From positions 5 to 64,004 of the forward strand of contig CAYYUI010000002.1 in the NCBI GenBank assembly GCA_964474705.1: a stretch of 64,000 nt of DNA, read 5' to 3'. Both the position numbers and the translations under genes were made by a program. Of the stretch, positions 37,632 through 45,680 are shown one piece after another. The stretch comes from an uncultured bacterium (GTDB lineage: Bacteria > Muiribacteriota > Ozemobacteria > Ozemobacterales > Ozemobacteraceae). Below the pieces are notes generated by a model. The model was not told the origin of the DNA. It saw nothing but the letters and a program-made list of their open reading frames with translations, and did not search any database. Position 1 is the stretch's first letter, and every line of letters begins with the position of its first letter.

Positions 37632-38671
37632 ATAGATGCTCCCGTAAAGGGGTAACCCTTGTCGAAGTCATGTTGACGGTGGCAATGCTCAGTCTGCTTT
37701 TTGGGGCGGCCAACGGCGTCATGACCTATTCGCGACGCGAGACCGAAAAGGGCTTCTGGATTCAGCAGGCGATCACGCAGCTGCGCAATACGACGCGCGC
37801 CATTTCCATGAAATTGAAGCAGACTTCTTACCCCTCGACCCTGATAAGAACGGCAACGGGTGATGAAAAGGTAATGTCCTTCAAGGAACGCCGCGAATAC
37901 GATGCCAGCGGCCGCCTGCGCAAGCTTGACATCAACCCGAGCGATGCCTATGAGCTGCGTTCGGTAATCAGCGGTTCAGGGGCGCTCATTCCTTCTTTTG
38001 AGGATCAGACGATCATGTATTTTCCGATCTGTGAGCCCGAAAAAGATTATGATACCGGTTACACCGCCGGCACGATAACCTGGGTTCATCTGGTGCTGCG
38101 CCCGGCCAAAGATTACCGGAGCAGCGGTCTTGGCAGCATTCACATGGTCGAGCATCAGGAAACCTACGATACCCGCGCTTACCCGCTCAAAAGAGCGTTT
38201 GGTCTCAACAAGACCTTCAGCAAAAGTGTTCCGATTCTGCGCACCAAAGAGCTGATAACCGATGTGCGCGAGATCAAGATCGATTTTTACGATATCGATG
38301 AATTGAGAGGCTCATACGTCGATAAAGATGGCAAACTGTCCGATGAAAAGATGGTGAAGCGCACCTTGATTTCACTGGGTATCAGCTGCTGTCACCCCAG
38401 AGACAAAAAAATCTGGATGAGCGACCAGTGTTCGGTAATCAACAATGTTGAACTGGTCGAGCTGCCAAGTCCGGCGACCATGGAACTGGTCAAGGTCATT
38501 TCCACCGGCCCATCCGGTTCGGCGCAGGTAAAGCTTGCAGGAGTCTCTCAGACGGTGAACGTCGGCAGCATGATGAATACCTACAAGGTAAAAGAGATTC
38601 TCAGTGACGCTCTGGTGCTTCTCGACCCGGCAACCGGCATCGAATCATATCTGACGAAGCTGGACGAATAA
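37628..38671 (+). CDS. pseudopilin-like protein (prepilin-type N-terminal motif)
   Basis: N-terminus RKGVTLVEVMLTVAMLSLLFGAANG is a canonical G|VTLVE prepilin motif. Overlaps the upstream gene by 4 nt. Confidence 0.6.
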   Translation: MNRCSRKGVTLVEVMLTVAMLSLLFGAANGVMTYSRRETEKGFWIQQAITQLRNTTRAISMKLKQTSYPSTLIRTATGDEKVMSFKERREYDASGRLRKLDINPSDAYELRSVISGSGALIPSFEDQTIMYFPICEPEKDYDTGYTAGTITWVHLVLRPAKDYRSSGLGSIHMVEHQETYDTRAYPLKRAFGLNKTFSKSVPILRTKELITDVREIKIDFYDIDELRGSYVDKDGKLSDEKMVKRTLISLGISCCHPRDKKIWMSDQCSVINNVELVELPSPATMELVKVISTGPSGSAQVKLAGVSQTVNVGSMMNTYKVKEILSDALVLLDPATGIESYLTKLDE

Positions 38672-38716
38672 TTTTTTTTTCCTTAATAAAATTCCCGGTC
38701 TTTCACGATAGTTAAG

Positions 38717-39277
38717 GTGAAATCACCAAATATGGGGAATATGATGAAGGAAAAGCGTTATTCAATCAGCAATGTTCAGCAGATGATCAATATCAGTCCG
38801 GCAGAACTGCAGAAAATGCTGCGCCGGAATGCGAATTTGCTTACGGTTTTCAAGGAAGACCTCGGCAATGGAAAACCCGAAATCTGCATTGATGAAGAAT
38901 CACTTCAGAAACTTATTTTCATCAGGCAACTCGGCAGCGGCAGCAAGCTTACCGGCAAAGAAGCGTGCGAAATGATCAGGGTGCCTGAGCTCAACTCTTT
39001 AAAAACCTGTGCCAGCAGCGAAAAAGAAGTTGTGGCGAGGCTGCAGAAAATTCTGGAAAGCGTTTCAGCTGAAGCCAGTGATCTGAAAAATCAGCTGGAT
39101 GGACTGTTGATCAAACACGAGCATCTGGTGAAGATGCTTAATGTGTCGCAGGCAAAGAACATTACTCTTGAAAAGGAAATCGGCATCCTGCGCAATCGTC
39201 AGGCCGCTTTGATGGGCCAGCTCAGGCAGAATGCCGAAAATTCCGATGAGGATCTGGAAATCCGTCTGGTTAACTGA
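38717..39277 (+). CDS. coiled-coil protein, hypothetical
   Basis: 186 aa. The C-terminal half is heptad-like (LQKILESVSAEASDLKNQLDGLLIKHEHLVKMLNVSQAKNITLEKEIGILRNRQAALMGQL). Confidence 0.4.
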   Translation: MKSPNMGNMMKEKRYSISNVQQMINISPAELQKMLRRNANLLTVFKEDLGNGKPEICIDEESLQKLIFIRQLGSGSKLTGKEACEMIRVPELNSLKTCASSEKEVVARLQKILESVSAEASDLKNQLDGLLIKHEHLVKMLNVSQAKNITLEKEIGILRNRQAALMGQLRQNAENSDEDLEIRLVN

Positions 39278-39968
39278 TTTTCTCAGATTCCTTGCCGGTA
39301 ATTCTGTCTTTGATCTTTCTCGACAGAATTGTAACGGTTTCAAGATGTGATGCCGGGTCGAGCTTGGCTGCAATTTCAGCATGCTGCTGGGCATCGGCGA
39401 ATTCACCGGTTTCGAAAAGTGCATTGGCCAGGTTGAAGTGGGCCAGTGCATAATTCTTGTCGGCTTTGACCGCTTTTCTGTACCAGACTGCGGCTTTGCC
39501 GAAGCTGCGCAGGGTCGCGTAAGCCACCCCGATGTTGTTCATGACTTCAACATTGTGGGGCTTGAATTTCAGTGCCTGTTTCCACCATCTGATGGCTGAG
39601 TGCAGGCGCCCTTCGTCTCTGGCAATCTGACCGAGGTTGAAGTAGACTTCTGAATCTTCAGGGTTCAGTCTGAGAGCCTTTTTCCAGTAGGTGCGGGCCA
39701 TGTAGAGATTACCCTGCAGATAATGAGCCAGGGCGTAGTTATAGAGCAGGTCGACATTTTCTGGAAACTTGCGCAGTGCGTCGTGCCAGATCTTTTTGGC
39801 TTTGCCGAGAAAACCGGTATAAGCGAAAGTATTGCCATACAGGCGCAGCGCCAGTACATCGTTCGGGTTGGCTGCAAGGTATTCTTTGAGCAGAGGACGG
39901 GCTTCATCGTAATTGCCGTTACTCATTATCTGCTGAATCCTTGTTAAATCAACAGTCATATCTCCCAT
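39270..39968 (-). CDS. TPR repeat protein
   Basis: Consecutive 34-aa TPR units (ALRLYGNTFAYTGFLGKAKKIWHDALRKFPEN...; AHFNLANALFETGEFADAQQHAEIAAKLDP). Confidence 0.7.
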   Translation of the reverse strand: MGDMTVDLTRIQQIMSNGNYDEARPLLKEYLAANPNDVLALRLYGNTFAYTGFLGKAKKIWHDALRKFPENVDLLYNYALAHYLQGNLYMARTYWKKALRLNPEDSEVYFNLGQIARDEGRLHSAIRWWKQALKFKPHNVEVMNNIGVAYATLRSFGKAAVWYRKAVKADKNYALAHFNLANALFETGEFADAQQHAEIAAKLDPASHLETVTILSRKIKDRITGKESEKIS

Positions 39969-40001
39969 AATCTTTCCTTTCAGGTATGTAAGACCAGTAT
40001 A

Positions 40002-41141
40002 TCAGAAAGTCGTCCCAAAAATAAACCCACTCAACGCACTGAATAATACCACAAGCGCCAGAAAAGCGGCTGCCTTTTTTGTGCCGACGATCGGAATCAG
40101 GGCGATAATTCCGGGAAGACTGACGGCTGGCCCTGACAGCAACAGAGTTAGCGCCGGGCCAGGATGCATGCCGAAGTCTTTTAGAGTAGATACGATGCTG
40201 ACTCCGACGATGGTGCCGAAATACATCAGGGCTCCGATTATTGCCGAAACCAGGTTGCTTTCGATGCCATTGCTGTCAAAAAATTGCATGAAGCTGGTAA
40301 GCGGGAAAAAGGTTGCCAGCATTCCAGATAGGAAGATGCCTCCAAGTACCTTTGGAAAGATCAGAACAAACAGGCTCCATGACTTTTTCAGCCAGAGAAT
40401 CAGTTCGCTGCGATAAAACCACTTTAACGAAAGCGCGGCCAGCAGCGTTATTTCGCCGGCAAGGGTCAGGATGCGCGGCAGCAGAGCTCCTTCGATGCCT
40501 GCGAGTGTAGAAATTTTCAGGATGACTGGGTCGAGGACTCCGGTGGCCGTTATCATGATCAATACCTGCAGCAAAAAGAAGATCAGAGTCTGCAGGTCGG
40601 TGCGGTCCGCATCTTCTTCAACGATTATGACTCCGGAAGGGGCTTCCTGAGGCTTTTCTTCACCGGCAAAAATCAGACGCATGCAGAAACCGATGATTAT
40701 GGCGCAGACCATTACCATTACCGCGCGGCCGACAAGAAATTTCGTGCCCAGAAGCGTATAGGTGTAAGAAAGTGCGATCAGATTGATGGCCGGGGAAGCG
40801 AAAAGAAAAGTAAAAGCCGGCCCAATACCGGCACCCTGCTGCATAATGCCTGTAAAAATCGGGATAACTCCGCAGGAGCAGACGGTCAGAATAGCTCCGG
40901 AAAAGGCGGCCACCGGGTAAGCGATCAGGGGGTTGGCATCGGCACCCATCAATCTGGTTATTCGTTGTTTGTCGAGAAAAACCGATAAGGCACCGGCGAA
41001 GAAAAAAGCTGGAACCATGCCGGAAATAAGGTGGGTTCCGAGAAATTTGCCGGCCTCGGCAAGCCCGGGCCATATCCAGGTGTCGCGCAGCGGCTCGAAA
41101 AGATTGAGAAAAGCGATGAAGAAGGCGTTGAACTGGTTCAT
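40002..41141 (-). CDS. permease of the COG0701 / ArsP-like family
   Basis: Polytopic membrane protein with the vicinal-Cys motif TVCSCGVIP in a TM helix, as in ArsP-type permeases. Internally duplicated halves. Confidence 0.65.
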   Translation of the reverse strand: MNQFNAFFIAFLNLFEPLRDTWIWPGLAEAGKFLGTHLISGMVPAFFFAGALSVFLDKQRITRLMGADANPLIAYPVAAFSGAILTVCSCGVIPIFTGIMQQGAGIGPAFTFLFASPAINLIALSYTYTLLGTKFLVGRAVMVMVCAIIIGFCMRLIFAGEEKPQEAPSGVIIVEEDADRTDLQTLIFFLLQVLIMITATGVLDPVILKISTLAGIEGALLPRILTLAGEITLLAALSLKWFYRSELILWLKKSWSLFVLIFPKVLGGIFLSGMLATFFPLTSFMQFFDSNGIESNLVSAIIGALMYFGTIVGVSIVSTLKDFGMHPGPALTLLLSGPAVSLPGIIALIPIVGTKKAAAFLALVVLFSALSGFIFGTTF

Positions 41142-41146
41142 CTGGG

Positions 41147-41401
41147 TCAGCTGCCAAGTTCTTTACGTATCCAGCCTTCGACCTTTTCGCGAATGACCGG
41201 TTTGCCCATCGAATAAATCTTTTTGCCCAGCGCGACGACCGGGGTTGAGATGATGCCAAATTCTTTTGCTTCGGGAACACCATTGATCAGAAGCCGGAAT
41301 TCAACCTCAGGAAATTTACGGGCGATTTCTTCGACGATCAGCTGGGTTTCATCACAGGTGGAGCATTTGGAAGGACTCTTTATTACGGTGACGATGAGCA
41401 T
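41147..41401 (-). CDS. thioredoxin-fold small redox-active disulfide protein
   Basis: 84 aa with CxxC (KCSTCDE) near the N-terminus and a thioredoxin-like beta-alpha-beta layout. Its stop is 3 nt before the ArsP-like permease start. Confidence 0.65.
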   Translation of the reverse strand: MLIVTVIKSPSKCSTCDETQLIVEEIARKFPEVEFRLLINGVPEAKEFGIISTPVVALGKKIYSMGKPVIREKVEGWIRKELGS

Positions 41402-41407
41402 TTTTTT

Positions 41408-42184
41408 TCATTTCTCCTGGTTCTGCTGGTTGAGAGCCGGAAACCATTCCAGCATAAGGATGTGCGATCTGAGGGCTTCAAATGAGACTTTAAGACCCTG
41501 AACTTTATTGTCGAGATCGCTGGTGGACAATTTGCTGCTGATGCCGGCTTCTAAATCGCTGATGAGACTGCCGGTTTTTTCGACGGCGGTAGAAAATGAT
41601 GCCGGAAGCATTGGAGCGAAATCGGTCAGATTGAGTCGGAGTTCGGCAGTCAATGATGCGGCGCCCAGGTAGTCGGAATTGAGCAAAAGACGTTCGAGAT
41701 TGGTAAGATTGGTGGAAGTTTTGATAAAAAGCTGCTTTTCATCACTTACGCCGAAAGCATCGAAAAACATGCCGATACGGCCGCTGAGATCAAGAACCCG
41801 GTCATGGGCTTCGTTAAATTGGCCACTGCTGACAAGTTTGCGGATTTCGCCGATATAGCGGGCGGTGTCGCTGGTCTTTTTCACCCAGTTCAGGTCGTTA
41901 CGGGCTTCTTCCGGGGGGCTGGTCATATATTTCTGGGAAAACTCGAGCCATGAATCCATGACCTGGTTCATTTCAGATTCAAAAGAGCTTTTCTGGCGAC
42001 TTTTTAGAGCTGACCCCAGATTGGTAAGCGAAGTTGTGAAGCTTCTGATTGCTTTAGAAAACTCACTGGCCGGATTTTTGGCGGTCAGCAACATGACGAG
42101 AGTGTCATCGCATGCCAGAAGAAGCGCCGGGGAGGTAAAAATGCCGACAAGAAGCAACCCTGCTATCATGTGTCTGATTTTCAT
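41408..42184 (-). CDS. secreted hypothetical protein
   Basis: Signal peptide MIAGLLLVGIFTSPALLLAC. The rest is helical; no family recognised. Confidence 0.5.
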   Translation of the reverse strand: MKIRHMIAGLLLVGIFTSPALLLACDDTLVMLLTAKNPASEFSKAIRSFTTSLTNLGSALKSRQKSSFESEMNQVMDSWLEFSQKYMTSPPEEARNDLNWVKKTSDTARYIGEIRKLVSSGQFNEAHDRVLDLSGRIGMFFDAFGVSDEKQLFIKTSTNLTNLERLLLNSDYLGAASLTAELRLNLTDFAPMLPASFSTAVEKTGSLISDLEAGISSKLSTSDLDNKVQGLKVSFEALRSHILMLEWFPALNQQNQEK

Positions 42185-42185
42185 A

Positions 42186-43424
42186 TCAGCCTTTCAGGTA
42201 AAAACAGCGGACTTTGTGGCCGACTTCGAGAGGGCCGGCCTCGGCGGGATGCAGAAACAACAGATCAGCACCGGCCAGGCTCGTCAGCATATGGGATTCC
42301 TGAGATTCAAGTGGTTCGATCATCAGTCGGCCGTTCTGGTAAACAGGGCGGCCGCGTTTGAAAAAGTCGCGCCCACCATCGTTGAAGCTTGGGCGGGTCA
42401 GCTCGAGGTCGAGAATTAGACGTTCAACCGGTGCTCCGAGCATCTTCCTGATAAAGGGTCTGACAAAAAGCTCAAAACAAACTGAGGTTGAAACCTGGTT
42501 TCCAGGAAGAGCGAAGAGAGCCCGGTCTGCATGAACGCTAAAAAACAGGGGTTTTCCGGGTTTTATTCTGACGCCATAGAATATCGGTTTTATTTCGAGG
42601 TCAATGAAAACTTGCTTGAATGGATCGCATCGCCCCATGGAAATTCCGCCGCTGGTAACGATGATGTCGGCGACTGCAGCGGCTCTGGTGAAAATATCGC
42701 GGGCATGAGTACCCCGATCGCGGGCAATGCCGAAATCAAGTACGGCAGCACCGGCTTCTTCGGCCTGAAACCTCAGCATCGTCGTGTTGGAATTGCGAAC
42801 CTGCCAGGGCTGCGGGCTTTCAAACGGCATGAGAACTTCGTCGCCAGAGGCAATAATCGCGACTACCGGCTTGCGGAAAACCTTGACGGCCGTTAACCCT
42901 GCCGAGGCCAGCTGCCCGGCAATCGGTGGGGTTATCAGAGCCGGAGCACCGACCATGGTATCGCCGCGGCGCATTTCTGACGCCTTTTTTCTGACAAAAT
43001 TTCCGGGTTGAACGTCGGTTAAAAAGCTTATCATCTGCCGGTTTTCGTCATGAAGCGTATCTTCAAGTCTGATTACGGAATCGGCACCGGATGGCAGCAT
43101 CGCGCCGGTCGCTATATAGGCACATCGCCCGGCCGGCAGACTGTCGATATGGTGGCCGGCATCGACACCTGCAATACTTCTGAGTGTCACTGGATTCTCG
43201 GTGGAGGCACCCCTGACGTCTTCTGAGCGAAGGCAATAACCATCCATGGATGAGCTGTCGGCTCCTGGCAGGTCGATGTCAGAGATGACATCTTCGGCAA
43301 GAACTCTGTTGATTGCCGAGGTGAGACAGACTGATTCGATGCCGGGTTTGAATTGACCGGCCTGTTCTAATACCAGCTCCAGGGCTCTGTCGTAACTGAC
43401 GGGTTGCTGAGACAATTTATTCAT
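42186..43424 (-). CDS. moeA: molybdopterin molybdenumtransferase MoeA
   Basis: ~410 aa. N-terminal MoeA domain (DYPPFDRSAMDGY-type: LPGADSSSMDGYCL), a central MoCF-binding domain (GGISMGRCD) and a C-terminal beta-barrel. Confidence 0.85.
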   Translation of the reverse strand: MNKLSQQPVSYDRALELVLEQAGQFKPGIESVCLTSAINRVLAEDVISDIDLPGADSSSMDGYCLRSEDVRGASTENPVTLRSIAGVDAGHHIDSLPAGRCAYIATGAMLPSGADSVIRLEDTLHDENRQMISFLTDVQPGNFVRKKASEMRRGDTMVGAPALITPPIAGQLASAGLTAVKVFRKPVVAIIASGDEVLMPFESPQPWQVRNSNTTMLRFQAEEAGAAVLDFGIARDRGTHARDIFTRAAAVADIIVTSGGISMGRCDPFKQVFIDLEIKPIFYGVRIKPGKPLFFSVHADRALFALPGNQVSTSVCFELFVRPFIRKMLGAPVERLILDLELTRPSFNDGGRDFFKRGRPVYQNGRLMIEPLESQESHMLTSLAGADLLFLHPAEAGPLEVGHKVRCFYLKG

Positions 43425-43637
43425 ACCGGAATTGTATCATATCGTCGATTTCGATTCAATGACGGTCTGGAAACTGTCGCTGCAAAGAATTTCGTATCGC
43501 GTTGGTGAAGCAGAACGACACGGCAGCCGTTGCTGTGACAAATATAAATTTCGATCTACCGTGTCAGAGTGAACTTACGATTGCTTCGCACTGCTCGCAA
43601 TGACAGTCGGGGCACGACAGTCGCTACCATGACAAAT

Positions 43638-45629
43638 TCAATAGGTGTCGGGGTCGGTAAAATCGAGCTCGACGATTACCGGAATGGAGCGCAGATTCAT
43701 CAGGCGTTCGAGGCGACTTTCCTGACCAGGCTGATTTTTCGCGCCATAAATGGCAGCATTACCGCTCAAAATCATGGGAATTACGCGCTCGCCCGTATGC
43801 AATCCGACTTTTCCGCCTGGTTTCAGGGCAGTCATCAGCTTTTCAAGGCTTATCTCGCCAGGAAGAACCGGACTGAACGGTCCGATTTTGTTGTCCTTAT
43901 CGGTCTGAAAGCGGGTTGCTCCTCGAATACTTTCCGGAACGTGTGTCAGGCCGCTCAGGCGACGAATTGCCCTGGCAAGCGTTGGTGCCCATTCTGTGGC
44001 TGCCTTGGGTCTGGCTGAGGCAAGATCATTCAATTCGGCAAGAATTCCCAGAAGACCTTCAAGCCGTTCAAGTTCTGCAGCCTGGTCTTCTATTCCGATC
44101 AGACCGAAGCGGCTGGCCCGGCATTCGGCCTCTCCGATTATGAAGTCAATACCAGCATTCTTGCTGCGCAGAGCAGAAATGACGCTGGTAAAAAATGCCG
44201 CCGGTTCCAGCCAGATTTTCATAGTTGAGAAACGGTATTTGCCAAGATTCAGCTCGTTCTCGATCAGGAAAAAGCGTTTATGTGACTGGGCGCATAAATT
44301 GTCTGCTGCGAGCCATCTTTCCGGATTATGTTCAAATGCATATCTGGAGGGTTCAAGCAGTTGTAGAGCCGGAGGTTGCAGGCTGGTGAGATTTTCAACG
44401 GTGAAAGAACCGCTGACCGATGTCAGTCCGGGGCGGGAAAAAAACAGACTGCAGAAATCGTCGTCTGATGGAGATTGAGTCTGTGCCGGCGTGTCCCGCA
44501 AAATGGCAATTGCCGGGGTAAACCGTTTATCTGATGGCAATATTGCCTGCTCCTGAATTCCAAGAGTTCGGCCGGTAAGCTGCCAGAGGCGAAAAACGAG
44601 AGGCTGCGCCTGTTCTATCGGACGAGGAAAGGGAATGGAGATTCTGCCTGCAGGGAGTTGCAGGTCGCTGGTGTAGATGATGCTTCCGTTCTGCCAGACT
44701 TCTATCTGTCGATGTTCTGACCCGGGACAATTGTATGTTAGAAAGGCCTGACCGGCTTCATGCCTGATATCTGAAAGTAGCGGCCGATCTGAAGACCGTG
44801 CTCTGGCAATTATATAGGCGGGTGGTGAAGCAAGCGCGGTAACTCGCAGAAAATGAGGCGCCAATGGCTGAATCAGGCCGGGTCTGCTGCTGAAAAACTG
44901 GTTCAGCAGCTGCAGCTGATCAGGGCGGTTGAAGACGGGTATTTCAAGCATTTGCATTGCATCGCCATGGGAAAATTCGAATTTATACAGACCTGGAGCA
45001 GCATGTTCATGAATATGAGTCGTAAAAACAGCTGTTCCATGAATATCAGTCTGAACTACGCGATTCACTGTCTGATGGCCTGCAGGTGTCTGCATTTTCA
45101 CCCTGACCGGTTGTCTGAATATTCCGTATGCGGTTTTACGGTTGATCAGGGCAATGCGAAAACTGAGCCAGTTGCCCGGCTGAATAGGAGCTGTAGGTGG
45201 AAGGACTGCCAGCCCGTTGTCGGCGGCTATCTTCAGGTCGCAGGAAAAAGCATGATTCTGTCGGGCACCGGCCGGGAATATTTTCAGCACCGCCTTGCCG
45301 GAGCAGTTTTCGGGAATATTGAAGCCGGTGGAATATGAACCGTCAGGCAATAGCTGCAGACTGGCATGTTCAAGAAACTGCGTGGTCGAAGCCACAGTTA
45401 TTTCGAGGCTTGCCGAAAGCTGCAACTGGTTTTCTCTGACCAGTCTCTTCTGATTACGGCTGAAAGCGGCGACGACTATTTCCTGACGCTGACCGGGCTG
45501 AGCCGGGCCATCAGCCGAAACCACGAAGAACACACTTTCAGGAATTGCGGACACAGAATCAGGATGACGGAAAAACCACCATGTGGCAGGCAGAAGGATA
45601 ATAATTAAAGCGAAAACAAATTTACGCAT
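43638..45629 (-). CDS. large secreted hypothetical protein
   Basis: 663 aa. Signal peptide FVFALIIILLPATWWFF. Beta-rich; no family recognised. Confidence 0.55.
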   Translation of the reverse strand: MRKFVFALIIILLPATWWFFRHPDSVSAIPESVFFVVSADGPAQPGQRQEIVVAAFSRNQKRLVRENQLQLSASLEITVASTTQFLEHASLQLLPDGSYSTGFNIPENCSGKAVLKIFPAGARQNHAFSCDLKIAADNGLAVLPPTAPIQPGNWLSFRIALINRKTAYGIFRQPVRVKMQTPAGHQTVNRVVQTDIHGTAVFTTHIHEHAAPGLYKFEFSHGDAMQMLEIPVFNRPDQLQLLNQFFSSRPGLIQPLAPHFLRVTALASPPAYIIARARSSDRPLLSDIRHEAGQAFLTYNCPGSEHRQIEVWQNGSIIYTSDLQLPAGRISIPFPRPIEQAQPLVFRLWQLTGRTLGIQEQAILPSDKRFTPAIAILRDTPAQTQSPSDDDFCSLFFSRPGLTSVSGSFTVENLTSLQPPALQLLEPSRYAFEHNPERWLAADNLCAQSHKRFFLIENELNLGKYRFSTMKIWLEPAAFFTSVISALRSKNAGIDFIIGEAECRASRFGLIGIEDQAAELERLEGLLGILAELNDLASARPKAATEWAPTLARAIRRLSGLTHVPESIRGATRFQTDKDNKIGPFSPVLPGEISLEKLMTALKPGGKVGLHTGERVIPMILSGNAAIYGAKNQPGQESRLERLMNLRSIPVIVELDFTDPDTY

Positions 45630-45680
45630 TGGCGCAAATTAGCATTAGAAGCGTAGAATTGTCAAACTGCCGCCCTGCGG

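Noticed and set aside
43569-44018. 149-aa + strand ORF spanning the moeA upstream region and the 3' end of the 663-aa secreted-protein gene
   Set aside because: It runs antisense to a long, well-formed ORF and across an intergenic leader. There is no RBS.
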